A DNA stretch of 64,000 nucleotides from an uncultured Spirochaetota bacterium (GTDB lineage: Bacteria > Spirochaetota > Brevinematia > Brevinematales > JAOACQ01): positions 2,011,242 to 2,075,241 of the forward strand of contig CAWCLF010000001.1 in NCBI GenBank assembly GCA_963796325.1, read 5' to 3'. How positions within the stretch are numbered: position 1 is the stretch's first letter; every line of letters begins with the position of its first letter. Positions 1 through 9,698 of the stretch are shown one piece after another. Below the pieces are notes generated by a model that saw nothing but the letters and a program-made list of their open reading frames with translations, ran no database searches and was not told the origin of the DNA. A program made the translations under genes and the position numbers.

Positions 1-1
1 G

Positions 2-757
2 GCCATTGATTCGGTAAAAAAAAGCGTTTCGATTACAAGCGAGGAAGCCCTTAAAAACCATGTTATCGATTATATAGCCGCTGACAGTACAAGCCTTATG
101 AAGCAGATCTATGGAAATGACGCTGTTATAACCGTCAAACCGTACCCTAAGAACTGGGCCGAATCCCTCCTGTCAGTTCTGGCCAATCCAAATCTGGTTT
201 ATTTTCTTATGATTCTGGGATTTTACGGCATACTTTATGAAATAATACATCCCGGGACAATATTTTCCGGAGCTACCGGCGCCCTGCTTCTTGTCGTAGC
301 TCTTTTTTCAATGCAGTACCTGCCTTTCAGCTTTGCCGGATTTTTCCTGATAGTCCTTTCATTCGTCCTGTTCCTGATAGAAATCTTTGTCACTTCGCAT
401 GGACTGCTCATCATAGGAGGCCTGATAAGCCTCGTTCTGGGATCTGCGATGCTATTCGACTCCCCCCTGCCGTTTTTCAGGGTATCTTATGAATCAATAG
501 CCGTTGTTGCGATAACAACACTCTTTGTATTTACAGGTCTCGTATACCTTGTTTCAAGGGTGCTGAACAGGAAAGCGGCTTCGGGCAGGGAAGGCATGGT
601 AGGAAAGAAAGCGGTCGCCCTTGAAGATTTTCTTAACGGCAGGGGCAAGGTTTTTTATCATGGTGAAATATGGTCCGCCGTATCGGAAACACCGGTTATG
701 AAAAACAGTGAAGTTGAGATTAAAGGCATAAGCGGACTCGAACTCAAGGTGGGTTAA
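2..757 (+). CDS. NfeD-family membrane protein, 5'-truncated by the window edge
   Basis: The frame of ORF 98..757 stays open back to nt 2 (AIDSVKKSVSITSEEALKNHVIDYIAADSTSL...). Several hydrophobic helices (LVYFLMILGFYGILYEI, FFLIVLSFVLFLIEIF) are followed by a C-terminal OB-fold-like NfeD segment (GKKAVALEDF..GKVFYHGEIWSAVSE..EVEIKGISGLELKV). Confidence 0.75.
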   Translation, partial: AIDSVKKSVSITSEEALKNHVIDYIAADSTSLMKQIYGNDAVITVKPYPKNWAESLLSVLANPNLVYFLMILGFYGILYEIIHPGTIFSGATGALLLVVALFSMQYLPFSFAGFFLIVLSFVLFLIEIFVTSHGLLIIGGLISLVLGSAMLFDSPLPFFRVSYESIAVVAITTLFVFTGLVYLVSRVLNRKAASGREGMVGKKAVALEDFLNGRGKVFYHGEIWSAVSETPVMKNSEVEIKGISGLELKVG

Positions 758-769
758 TGCCGGATTCCG

Positions 770-2251
770 TCAGTCCGCATTGTAGAGCCATGCCGTCTTT
801 TCAGAATTTACTTCATAGCGGTTCTTTCCTGCAGCTTTTGCTTTATATAAAGCCTGGTCTGTATGTTCGATGAAATGTTCCGCCATCTTCTGGAAGTAAG
901 TTTGAGGAATAGGCCTGGGCATTTTCGATGTATCGAATGACGGTACTCCCAGAACTCCTGCTCCAATGGAACATTGAACCTGTATGCGCAAGCCGCCGAT
1001 TTCCAGGGGATTATCATTCAGGAATCCCAAAATGCGCGCGACAACAATCAACGCAGCCTTTTCGTCGGATTGCGGAAGCAGGACTGAAAATTCGTCGCCT
1101 CCGTATCTTCCGATAAAATCGGTTGATCGCGTCGCTTTGCGGAGGGCCTGCCCAAGCAATATCAATGCCTGGTCCCCGGCCAGGTGTCCGTTCCGGTCAT
1201 TTATGGTTTTTAGATTGTCGACATCGATCATTAAAACAGCCATATTATAATTATTCCGGAAAGCTGTGCGGAGCTCCCGGATCAGGCATTGATGGAAAAA
1301 TCCGCGGACGAGGACGCTGGTCAATACATCGGTTGTAGCGACCTGGTACAGACGGGAATTGTGAATGGCGACTGCTGCCTGGTTGGCAAATATTTTAAGA
1401 AGTTCCAGCTCCTGTTCATCTTCTATTTCCTGATCGATATATATAACGCCGACATTATAATCCCCCACGCGAAGTGGCAGGATCGTGCTTCTTTCCATAA
1501 TTTTAATATTACCGTCCTGCAGAGATTTTTTGATGATTTCGATTTTATCGGAAGGAAGGTATTTCTGGATGCTTTTCTTTTCCTTGAAATGACCTGTTCC
1601 GGACTGGACTATTAAACCAAGGTCCTCATCAACCATAGCTAAAAATGAATCTTTATGATCTTCATCTGCCTGCAATAATTGACGGTTCAGGTTGAAAACC
1701 GCCAGGAACGAATTTCCGACGCCCAGAAGGCCCATAACCTGGATCAATATGCCTTTAAGCAGTTCATCCAGGGGCTGTATTTTATGAAGGTCGGGGGTCA
1801 CATTGAGAATGTAATTCAAACTTTCACGGCTGCGATTGATGAACTTTATTGTCTTTGCTGCTTTCAGACCTACATCCACCCAGAGGAGCAGTTTATTCGG
1901 CCCTTCGCTTTTATCAAAATATCCCTGTATTTCCAGTCTTCTTAATAATTCCCTGGGCGGATGTTCGCTTGCATATCCGGTTTGCAGGATAACCTGCATG
2001 ATCTCATTGAATTTGCGCAGTTCAGCTATAAATTCTTCTCCGGTCATTCCGGGCATATAATAATCTACCAGGACCAGGTCAAAATTCTGCTGTTTCACTT
2101 TGTCAAGGGCTTCGATTCCTGAAGAGGCTGTCGTTACGTCATGACCATCCCGCTGGAGAAGCATCTTTGTGGCTTCAAGGTATTCCAGATTGTCGTCGAT
2201 CAAGAGGATCTTCGAACCGTACCTGTTTTCCTGTTTATACTTTCTCGCCAC
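770..2251 (-). CDS. Response regulator with REC-GAF-GGDEF architecture (diguanylate cyclase)
   Basis: N-terminal REC (KILLIDDN...[17 protein letters not shown]) and a central GAF-like region. The C-terminal domain has an intact GGDEF ([11 protein letters not shown]) and an RxxD I-site (RSTD) 5 aa upstream. The start overlaps the upstream kinase gene by 17 nt. Confidence 0.9.
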   Translation of the reverse strand: MARKYKQENRYGSKILLIDDNLEYLEATKMLLQRDGHDVTTASSGIEALDKVKQQNFDLVLVDYYMPGMTGEEFIAELRKFNEIMQVILQTGYASEHPPRELLRRLEIQGYFDKSEGPNKLLLWVDVGLKAAKTIKFINRSRESLNYILNVTPDLHKIQPLDELLKGILIQVMGLLGVGNSFLAVFNLNRQLLQADEDHKDSFLAMVDEDLGLIVQSGTGHFKEKKSIQKYLPSDKIEIIKKSLQDGNIKIMERSTILPLRVGDYNVGVIYIDQEIEDEQELELLKIFANQAAVAIHNSRLYQVATTDVLTSVLVRGFFHQCLIRELRTAFRNNYNMAVLMIDVDNLKTINDRNGHLAGDQALILLGQALRKATRSTDFIGRYGGDEFSVLLPQSDEKAALIVVARILGFLNDNPLEIGGLRIQVQCSIGAGVLGVPSFDTSKMPRPIPQTYFQKMAEHFIEHTDQALYKAKAAGKNRYEVNSEKTAWLYNAD

Positions 2252-4784
2252 TCATGACCTCCTTTATTTTCGGAAAGCGGAGAATAATTTCAGTGCTTTC
2301 ACCGGGGATGCTTTCAACATCTATTTTCCCGCCGAATTCTCCAAGGATAATATTGTGCACAAGGGTCAATCCTAGACCGGTCCCGACGCCGAACGGTTTT
2401 GTAGTAAACATCGGATCGAAAATCTTTGTCATGTTTTCCCTGGATATGCCGCATCCGTTATCCCTGATCGTGAGTACGGTAAACTCTCCATCAGTTTTCA
2501 AACTGATGCGTATCAACCCGTTTTTTTTGTCAGTGCAGGCGTCGATAGAATTATTTACAAGGTTTGTGACAACCTGCGAAAACCTTCCCGGGGCGCCGTA
2601 AAGTTCCATGTATTCGCTTTCCGGATCTATAACCGCTTCACAATGTCCATGTTTTAAAGAATGCCCGAGAAGGAGAAGCGCTTCCCTGATGATCGTAACG
2701 GCATTAAATCGAAACCTGTCTTTGGGATCGAGATCGCGGGTCTGTGATTTTATTCCGTGAACAAAAGCAGCGGCTTTCTCCGCCGATTTATCGGCCAGTT
2801 CCAGTGAATGAAGCATTTCCTGAATGATCTCCTTAAAATCGGCATTGGTAACATCAGGGTCGCCTACCGACCGGTCGAGTTCAGTAATCAGGCGGCTCAT
2901 CTCGGTAAGGGACGTCCGGATCGCCGCTACGGGAGTGTTCATTTCATGAGCGATCCCTGCAGTCATTCTGCCCAGCGAAGCCATTTTCTCTACGATCAGC
3001 ATGGTTTCCTGGTTGGTCTTAAGAGACTGGTATGCTTTTTCCAGTTCATGCTGTTTTTGCTCAAGATCCCTGAAAAGCTCCTCAAGCTGGCGGTCTTTTA
3101 ATACTTCCTGGATCATAATGACGCCGGTAAGGGCATTGGAAACGCTTTGCCGGATATTTTCCATCATATCCAGCGGTTCCTGAATCTGAAATACAATGAA
3201 CCCTATGATATCTTCATAATCCATTACAGGTTCAACTACCAGATCGTGCCTTTCTTCCTCTTTAAAACTGGGTGGAAAAATATCTATGGTCGGGAAAATT
3301 TCGCCTTCTCTATCCCAGTAAACCCTGCCGTCCTGCTGGAAGCTCATAAGAAGCCTGCTTTTCCTGAAATCATCCTTTTCATAAAGCGCTATTGAACAGC
3401 CGGATATACCGAAATTCGGAAGTTCAGTAGAGATGTATGTAATAAATTTATTCAGGTTTATAACCTGGTAAAAATTTGCGCTGAATACCATTAGTAAAAA
3501 ATCACGCTGTTTTATCAGCATACGGCTGTATGACTGAAGATTGTTGCCTGTTTCGGCTATAAGAATTCTGGCTTTCTGAAAAAAGTCCTCGATAAATATC
3601 AATTCAGCCCGGTCATTACTATACTGCACAATAGCCTTCGAACGCCAGTAACTGAGCATTTCATTCCACGAATCCAGATCATCCAGCCCGGATTGGATTG
3701 TTTTCCGAATCAGAAAATCAAGAAACATCAGGAGTTCACTGTCTTTTATGCTTTTGACAGCGCTCTCCATTTTATCCCATAGTTCTTTTTTCCAGCCCCC
3801 GGCGAGTAAGCCTTCAATTTTTCCGAAATCGGCATTTTCCAGGGGATTATCCCCGGCCATAACCGGTTCTACCTTCCCGCCGTTCCCGGGTTCACCCCGG
3901 AGAATATTGACTGAAAGACATCCGCATGACTTCCTGACAACAAGTTCTGCAGGCAGCCTGCTGATAGGTTCTACTTTTTCGCCTTTTAGAAGTTTTAAAA
4001 CAATTTCATGAGCAGCTTCAGCCATTTTCTCCGCCGGCTGACTAACAGTTGTCAGTGGTACAGCGCCGTAGCGAGCCGTTTCAGTGTTGTCAAAACCGCT
4101 GACGGTGATCTTTTCAGGCACCGGTATTCCATGTTTTTTAAGAACTTCCATGGCGCCCAGCGCCATATCGTCATTCGATGCTATGACCGCATCGAATTCT
4201 TTCCTGTCCTGGATAAGCTCTTCCATAATAATCTTGGCAAAATCGAGCCTGAAGTCCGCCATACGGACCAGTTCGGGATTGACATTCAAGTTATTCTCTT
4301 CCATTACGGATTTGAATGTTTCATATCTTGAAATCGCTTCGGCATTATTTTCCGGTCCTTTTAAAAATACAGGTTTGCGGACTCCATTTTCCAATATCAT
4401 ATGACGGACCACGGAACGCATTCCGTATTCATTATCAATTAAAACCGAAGGCATTCCCGGCACTTCCATGCCAATGCTTACAATCGGAATGGATTTAAAT
4501 TTGTTCAGGAATTCATAGAGCTTATCGGGTCCGCAGAAATGAGAAATAGAAGCCGAGAGGACAATTAAGGCATCGATTTTCGGAGAAGCGGCAAGATCGT
4601 ATATACGGTTCCATTGCCTGTGCATTTTATCATCGGAGTAAAGCATGCCCCCGCAAAGAGTTATGATATTGGTCCTGTTCTGCGAAGCCGCAAGCAATAC
4701 TCCCTGCCACATGCGGCTATTATATGTCCCGCCGGTATCAAATGTAATAAATCCGATAGTCGGCAATTTTATCCCCATAAACAC
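2235..4784 (-). CDS. Soluble hybrid sensor histidine kinase: LacI/RbsB-type binding-protein fold, GAF-like region, HisKA and HATPase
   Basis: No signal peptide or TM helix. N-terminal binding-protein fold ([10 protein letters not shown]..., [23 protein letters not shown]) with an SCGC motif. H-box [15 protein letters not shown]1/G2 boxes [24 protein letters not shown]. Confidence 0.85.
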   Translation of the reverse strand: MFMGIKLPTIGFITFDTGGTYNSRMWQGVLLAASQNRTNIITLCGGMLYSDDKMHRQWNRIYDLAASPKIDALIVLSASISHFCGPDKLYEFLNKFKSIPIVSIGMEVPGMPSVLIDNEYGMRSVVRHMILENGVRKPVFLKGPENNAEAISRYETFKSVMEENNLNVNPELVRMADFRLDFAKIIMEELIQDRKEFDAVIASNDDMALGAMEVLKKHGIPVPEKITVSGFDNTETARYGAVPLTTVSQPAEKMAEAAHEIVLKLLKGEKVEPISRLPAELVVRKSCGCLSVNILRGEPGNGGKVEPVMAGDNPLENADFGKIEGLLAGGWKKELWDKMESAVKSIKDSELLMFLDFLIRKTIQSGLDDLDSWNEMLSYWRSKAIVQYSNDRAELIFIEDFFQKARILIAETGNNLQSYSRMLIKQRDFLLMVFSANFYQVINLNKFITYISTELPNFGISGCSIALYEKDDFRKSRLLMSFQQDGRVYWDREGEIFPTIDIFPPSFKEEERHDLVVEPVMDYEDIIGFIVFQIQEPLDMMENIRQSVSNALTGVIMIQEVLKDRQLEELFRDLEQKQHELEKAYQSLKTNQETMLIVEKMASLGRMTAGIAHEMNTPVAAIRTSLTEMSRLITELDRSVGDPDVTNADFKEIIQEMLHSLELADKSAEKAAAFVHGIKSQTRDLDPKDRFRFNAVTIIREALLLLGHSLKHGHCEAVIDPESEYMELYGAPGRFSQVVTNLVNNSIDACTDKKNGLIRISLKTDGEFTVLTIRDNGCGISRENMTKIFDPMFTTKPFGVGTGLGLTLVHNIILGEFGGKIDVESIPGESTEIILRFPKIKEVMSGEKV

Positions 4785-5049
4785 CCCATAGAGATGCTAA
4801 ATTATAGCGGAACGGCGGGACATTGGCAACTTTGCTCTCTTTCTTTTTATTAAATAAATTTCAAAGAAAATCCGAGAATCGCAAAAAAATAAAGTCTAAA
4901 AATTTCACATGCAGCTTATTTTCAGCAGTATATTATTTAGAAATCATAATTAATTTTAAATTTCAGTTTTATACTTTAATAAAATAATTATGGACAAAAT
5001 ATCAAGATATTATATAATTAAAAGGGTCATGTTTCTCCAGGAGAATGGA

Positions 5050-5724
5050 ATGGATATAAAAGTCCCCTCTCATCCTCAGAAAACGGCTCTTAAAAGATCT
5101 TTCACAATCAAGCTTTACAACAGCGACAGGAAAACAAACAAGGAAATAAGACAGGCTATTGAAAGTATTTTCAGTAAATACAAGAGAAGCGATCTCACGG
5201 AAGTCATATTTTTCTGCGTGAAGGAACTTATCAATAACGCAATAATGATGAACGTCAAATCCCTATATTTCAAAAAAAACGAACTGAACATCAACAATAT
5301 CGCCGACTATGTAGCCGGGATGACCAGGTTCAACGATATGATTGAAAAAAACGAGACTAACAAATATTTTTCCGAATTGCCCTCGGAGGACCTCTGGGTC
5401 AAATTTCATGCCAGCCACAGTAAAAACGGGCTGAAGTTTTTAATAACGAATAATTCTCCGATCGTCGGCATTGAGGAAAGGCAGATAAGGATGAAGCTCC
5501 AGAAATCCATGATTTATATAGATTTGATTGATTTAAACAGCGATATCGGATATGATCCCTATGATGAAAAGATGGGTCTGGCGCTCGTGGCGATACTCCT
5601 TAAAAAAGCCAACCTTGATGTCAGCCTCTTCCGTATCGGCACAGCTAACGGAATTACGCTGTCCAGAATCGAGGTGCCGTTTTCAAAAAGATTCAGATCC
5701 GGCAGAAAGGCTCCCCGCAAATAA
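5050..5724 (+). CDS. Hypothetical protein with a histidine-kinase-like ATPase (anti-sigma-factor-like) N-box; start ambiguous (4990 or 5050)
   Basis: ORF 4990..5724. AGGAGA lies 5 nt before the in-frame ATG at 5050. N-box-like VKELINNAIMMN and G2-like EKMGLALVAILLKKA are present, but there is no clear DxGxG G1 box. A hairpin terminator follows. Confidence 0.5.
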   Translation: MDIKVPSHPQKTALKRSFTIKLYNSDRKTNKEIRQAIESIFSKYKRSDLTEVIFFCVKELINNAIMMNVKSLYFKKNELNINNIADYVAGMTRFNDMIEKNETNKYFSELPSEDLWVKFHASHSKNGLKFLITNNSPIVGIEERQIRMKLQKSMIYIDLIDLNSDIGYDPYDEKMGLALVAILLKKANLDVSLFRIGTANGITLSRIEVPFSKRFRSGRKAPRK

Positions 5725-5755
5725 AAAAATGCCGGGGTTTATCCCGGCATATTTG
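5724..5755. terminator. Bidirectional rho-independent terminator
   Basis: Hairpin GCCGGG-gtttat-CCCGGC (5731..5748) is flanked by A7 upstream and a T-rich tail downstream. On the minus strand it is followed by ATTTTTTT directly after the tRNA-Leu 3' end. On the plus strand it follows the stop codon of the 5050..5724 CDS. Confidence 0.75.
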
Positions 5756-5758
5756 TAT

Positions 5759-5842
5759 TGCCGGGGACGAGACTTGAACTCACACAGGCTAACGCCCACT
5801 AGCCCCTCAAGCTAGCGTGTCTACCAATTCCACCACCCCGGC
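5759..5842 (-). tRNA. tRNA-Leu (anticodon GAG), class II with a long variable arm; CCA not encoded
   Basis: Reverse complement reads GCCGGGG-TG-GTGGAATTGGTAGACAC-G-CTAGC-TTGAGGG-GCTAG-TGGGCGTTAGCCTGT-GTGAG-TTCAAGT-CTCGT-CCCCGGC-A. The acceptor stem is 7 bp, U33 and G37 flank GAG, and the T-loop is TTCAAGT. Confidence 0.88.
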
Positions 5843-5901
5843 ATATCGGTAATGATTATAAAACAGCCCTGTCCTTTAGTCAAAAAGCAGTTGAGAATAA
5901 T

Positions 5902-6846
5902 TTAAAAGTCGATTAATGTTCCGAAATAGAATCTTCCGTCGGTAGCATATTGAAAACCGATGCTCACTAAATCGTAAAGGTTCTTTTTAATGGCAAATTC
6001 ATATATCGTAGGCGCGTAACTCATAAGAAGCTCCCTTATGCCGAAAGTATATCCCTGGTATTCGACACCTTCCTCAAGCCGGAGCCATGACCTGTAGCTG
6101 TTGTTGGTGTAAAATTCCGTTACTTCCGCCATGCCCTGCAATTTGAACTCGCCAGCCTTATAATTAGCGCCGGAGCTGATCTGGCAGAATATATTATAAT
6201 CGGTCGGATCGAAACTTGAAGGGTCCGCATGTTCATACTGAACAATCCCTTTAACATAAAAAATGTCGGAAGAATACCTGGCGATTATCGACGACGGTAT
6301 GAGATGCCTGAAATCACCCTGGGAATATCCTAATTCGAAAGAATCCGTCCTTATCCCTGCCCTGATTCCAGCGGCATTTACGAAATTCGGAATATACTGC
6401 AATGGAGCGTCGTACTGCGCCGGATCGTCAAGAAGGTTATACGGGGCAAAAAGAAGTATCGTATCGTAATTCATCTGGTAGCTTGCTGCACCCCTCAGTG
6501 ATATGAATCCGTATTTAAATAAGGTGTATGTTATCCCGTAATCATAAAGATTTATATTGTTTAAAATATAATCGTTGTAATTGGTTTCCGGATTATGGGT
6601 ATCCTTGTAACCGTTAACGGTAGTGAAGAACTGGAGATCCTCCACAGTCAGATTATATCTTAAAAACAAGTATCTTACATTGAAAGTATTGCTGTGAAAG
6701 CCGTAATCGAGAAACCCGAAAGAATGGAATGCATTAATATTAGTTTCCTGGTAATCGTCATTGATATAGTCCGTTCCAAATAAAACAGGCGAAGTATTGA
6801 CCGCTGCAATCAATACTATGATTAAAACAGCCGCATATTTTCTCAT
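5902..6846 (-). CDS. Putative outer-membrane beta-barrel protein
   Basis: Signal peptide MRKYAAVLIIVLIAAVNTSPVLF with GGAGGG SD. The sequence is rich in Y/G/N/F with alternating patterns, and the terminal residue is aromatic (...GTLIDF), which is typical of OMPs. Confidence 0.55.
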   Translation of the reverse strand: MRKYAAVLIIVLIAAVNTSPVLFGTDYINDDYQETNINAFHSFGFLDYGFHSNTFNVRYLFLRYNLTVEDLQFFTTVNGYKDTHNPETNYNDYILNNINLYDYGITYTLFKYGFISLRGAASYQMNYDTILLFAPYNLLDDPAQYDAPLQYIPNFVNAAGIRAGIRTDSFELGYSQGDFRHLIPSSIIARYSSDIFYVKGIVQYEHADPSSFDPTDYNIFCQISSGANYKAGEFKLQGMAEVTEFYTNNSYRSWLRLEEGVEYQGYTFGIRELLMSYAPTIYEFAIKKNLYDLVSIGFQYATDGRFYFGTLIDF

Positions 6847-6925
6847 TTAACCCTCCGGCAAACGGATTTAATAACGAATGAAAATTATAAGATCCTGATG
6901 AAAGGAAGTCAAGAACAGAGTTTAA

Positions 6926-7219
6926 TCAGATGATTCCCAGGCGGCTGTTCAGAATAAAGAAAGAAATAAGAAACGATACGATCAGTATCAGCATGCCGGA
7001 TGCGGTTTTCAGGAATAAACTTTTAGCGCTTTTCCCATTCTGTATGATGGAAAGGTCAAGAAGGGCCTTCACCCTTAACAACAGCGGAGATGTTTTAGAA
7101 TAAAGAGGGGATACGCATGAGAATTCCTGGGACTTTACATAAAAAGCGGCTTTTTTTAAAAGATCCGCAGAGTATAACTGAATTGCAGTTATAATCGATG
7201 CAGCTCTTATCGCATGCAA
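6926..7219 (-). pseudogene. Out-of-frame C-terminal continuation of the M56 (BlaR1-like) gene; probable frameshift
   Basis: This frame overlaps the 3' 125 nt of ORF 7095..8033. It encodes LYSADLLKKAAF and LLLRVKALLD, resembling the post-ExxCD Y-A-x-x-L-L-K and L-x-x-R-I segments of M56 proteins. It ends with a TM helix GMLILIVSFLISFFIL. It has no ATG and no SD of its own. Confidence 0.4.
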
Positions 7220-8033
7220 GTTCTCTTGTCGTATTTATATTTTGCACATACGAATGAATGAACGGTATAAACCAGAAAAATGATTTCATGAAAAGCATCA
7301 ATAATTGAGTTATAGAATTCCACCAGCCGATATGTCCCATCTCATGTATGATCAGCGCTTCGAATTCCTTTGGATTCAGCTTTTTATAAAAATTTTCCGG
7401 AATAATTATTCTTGGATTTATTGTACCGTAAGAAAAAGGTGAAAACCCCTCTTCAGGCGAAACCCTGATTTCAATATTCATTCTTTTTATCTTTTTAGCC
7501 AGTTCATTATTGTTTATAACCCTTCTGGAAAGGTGAGAGCCTGAAAACAATATCTTTGTAGTAAGCATGGAATATATCAATTTTATGCTGTTGAATAAAA
7601 TAAAGAAGAGTGAAACCGTCAATATGGAAACAACGATTATCAGAGTATAATAAAAGCCGATGGATTGTGTAATCAGGTCTGTAATGCTTACCGTATACTG
7701 TTTGTAAATTGAAATATCGAACCAGTAAAAAAGAGGTATGAACGGCTTGATAAGACCTGCACCCATATGCAGCATCATTGAATTCGGCACACGATTAATA
7801 ATATCTATGCCGTTTCCGACAGCCCACGTTGAAGTGTTGAAATTAAAAATGACATCGTAAATGATCTTGATGAACGGAAGCATGCGCATGTAATACATGG
7901 TCTTGAACATCTTTCGTTTATTCATGCGGATGATGAAAATGAATAATTCAACCGTTAAAGCGCTTATTCCGAAAGCTATTATACTGTTAAAGAAAATATT
8001 CGCTATAAAAAATACTAAAATTTCTCCAGGCAT
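7095..8033 (-). CDS. BlaR1/MecR1-like M56 family membrane metalloprotease (signal transducer); 3' end possibly frameshifted
   Basis: Multiple TM helices, the HEXXH motif (ALIIHEMGHIGWWN) and a downstream RELACD motif. The start codon abuts the stop of the BlaI-like gene (8033/8034). Confidence 0.8.
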   Translation of the reverse strand: MPGEILVFFIANIFFNSIIAFGISALTVELFIFIIRMNKRKMFKTMYYMRMLPFIKIIYDVIFNFNTSTWAVGNGIDIINRVPNSMMLHMGAGLIKPFIPLFYWFDISIYKQYTVSITDLITQSIGFYYTLIIVVSILTVSLFFILFNSIKLIYSMLTTKILFSGSHLSRRVINNNELAKKIKRMNIEIRVSPEEGFSPFSYGTINPRIIIPENFYKKLNPKEFEALIIHEMGHIGWWNSITQLLMLFMKSFFWFIPFIHSYVQNINTTRELACDKSCIDYNCNSVILCGSFKKSRFLCKVPGILMRIPSLF

Positions 8034-8426
8034 TTAAGGCAATTCCCTCTTTAATTCTTTTTTTCTCTTTTCGATCAGTTCGCTTATAATTTCCAGCTCT
8101 TCTTTCCGGATATCGTCGGCGTTATCAATAAGATAATTCACCATCTGAAGAGATTTACCTCCGAAGACGGATCTTTTGATCTTGTCAAGCATGGAACTCA
8201 AAGTTGTACCCTTTTCCTCTTTGATCGAATATACATAGTTCTTGCCAACTTTGGACCTTTCTACCATGCCCTTTGAATACATCCGCGAGAGCACTGTCAG
8301 GATAGTCGTGTATGCCACATCCTTTCCGATAGAGTTTACTACATCAATAACACTCGCTTCCTTTTTTTCCCAAAGCACATTCATAACCTGAAGTTCCAAT
8401 TCTCCAAACATTCTTTTTGGTTCCAT
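8034..8426 (-). CDS. BlaI/MecI/CopY family winged-helix transcriptional repressor
   Basis: 130 aa. LELQVMNVLWEKKEASVIDVVNSIGKDVAYTTILTVLSRMYSKGMVERSKVGKNYVYS matches the Penicillinase_R fold pattern. It forms an operon with the M56 gene. Confidence 0.9.
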   Translation of the reverse strand: MEPKRMFGELELQVMNVLWEKKEASVIDVVNSIGKDVAYTTILTVLSRMYSKGMVERSKVGKNYVYSIKEEKGTTLSSMLDKIKRSVFGGKSLQMVNYLIDNADDIRKEELEIISELIEKRKKELKRELP

Positions 8427-8453
8427 GATCCATCCTATGCCATAATTTTATCT

Positions 8454-8482
8454 ATTATACTACATATGTAGTAATGTGTCAA
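8454..8482 (-). promoter_or_regulatory. Consensus sigma70-type promoter (TTGACA-17-TATAAT) with an embedded 16-bp BlaI/CopY-type operator palindrome
   Basis: The minus strand reads TTGACA (8482..8477), a 17-nt spacer, then TATAAT (8459..8454). The perfect palindrome TACTACATATGTAGTA (8458..8473) contains TACAnnTGTA and overlaps the spacer and the -10 box. It lies about 30 nt upstream of the repressor start. Confidence 0.75.
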
Positions 8483-8581
8483 TAGGAAATGTGTTTTTTA
8501 CCGGTAATATTATAATAATAGCTGATTCTTATTAGGGCGGTTCCATAGTTCGGGCATTTTTTTCTGGCAGGGTTTCCGAAA

Positions 8582-9445
8582 TTATTTTTTTTTCAAGGCT
8601 GAAATGTTTGAAATCCCTGCAATCTCGATCATGCTTACCGTATTTTTCAGCCTGACCAGGAGCCTTCGGGGAGAATCTTCCACCCAGAATAACATTTCCT
8701 TCCGGTAAGGCTCCATAAGCCGGCCTAAAAAAGGATCGGTGGAAAGAAGGCCGATTTTAACCGTATGGAAATCTCCCGACAGGGTATGAAGTGTCTCATG
8801 GCCCATACTTACCAGCGAAACCGGGATAGGCTCTTTAAGAATCTCGGGAACAACGAAAAAGAATATTCCCGATTTTCCGGTTTCCATGAACCTCAGCGCA
8901 AAGAAAGACCCAGATATGGAATCCCAGGCAGGAAAACCCGGCCTTGTTTTGATCCTGCTTCTGCGGCTTTTTATCTCATATCCGTTCCAGTTTTTATTTT
9001 CATAATCTATCCACCCGTTTTCAGGATTAAGGCGGTAATTCCATTCAACGAGCCCTTTGTATCCTGCCGGAGCATTTTCCTCCCTGTTGGTTCCATATCC
9101 GCCGGATGATTCAAGCAGGGTCGCTGATTTTAGATCTATCCGGAAAAACATATTATAATTCGTGTATGAATCGGGAAGCTTTTTTGGCCGGGATACCCTT
9201 ATGCCTTCTTCATATACAAAAGCCTCTCCGCCTTCCGGCGGAATGATGCTAACAAAATAGATATCCATGTTCTTTTCACCGCCGATATACTGGATATAAT
9301 GAAGGAATTCACCGCTGGGAACAGAAAGATTTTCCGCCGGTTTCATCGGGGCCATCTCAACTTTTCCGGCCATGGGAAAAGCAATCACAACTGAAAATAT
9401 AATAAAATTAATTGCCGCTGTTGCGGCTCGGTAATATCCATGCAT
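8582..9445 (-). CDS. Hypothetical exported or membrane-anchored protein
   Basis: GAGGAG SD and an N-terminal hydrophobic segment AAINFIIFSVVIAFPMAG. I recognise no motif with confidence. Confidence 0.5.
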   Translation of the reverse strand: MHGYYRAATAAINFIIFSVVIAFPMAGKVEMAPMKPAENLSVPSGEFLHYIQYIGGEKNMDIYFVSIIPPEGGEAFVYEEGIRVSRPKKLPDSYTNYNMFFRIDLKSATLLESSGGYGTNREENAPAGYKGLVEWNYRLNPENGWIDYENKNWNGYEIKSRRSRIKTRPGFPAWDSISGSFFALRFMETGKSGIFFFVVPEILKEPIPVSLVSMGHETLHTLSGDFHTVKIGLLSTDPFLGRLMEPYRKEMLFWVEDSPRRLLVRLKNTVSMIEIAGISNISALKKK

Positions 9446-9624
9446 TGAACATTCTCCTCAATTATTTCGAGTCATTATAAACTGAAGTAAAAAACATTAC
9501 AATAGGACCGGAGTCCTTTTTTAAGTTATTTTAAGTTACTTTTTTAGTAGCAGGGCAAATCCGATCTCATGTTCAATTTGCTTCCGTTGATTATTTTTTT
9601 CATAATGATTTCTTTTAATATTGA

Positions 9625-9659
9625 AAATTAAAGAAGCCCGGCTCCCGATAGGAGCCGGG
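9625..9659 (-). terminator. Rho-independent terminator of the beta-helix lipoprotein gene
   Basis: On the minus strand: CCCGGCTCC-tatcg-GGAGCCGGG (9659..9637), a 9-bp GC-rich stem, followed by CTTCTTTAATTTT. It begins about 40 nt after the stop at 9699. Confidence 0.7.
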
Positions 9660-9698
9660 ATATTCAACGTGCGCGGCATTTTATACCGGGCTAAATGT

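Noticed and set aside
767-778. The 12-mer CGTCAGTCCGCA is shared between 767..778 and 27604..27615 and looks related to the AGTC heptad repeats.
   Set aside because: Both occurrences are simply the reverse complement of gene ends encoding ...Ala-Asp-stop (GCG GAC TGA). This is a coding coincidence, not a repeat element.
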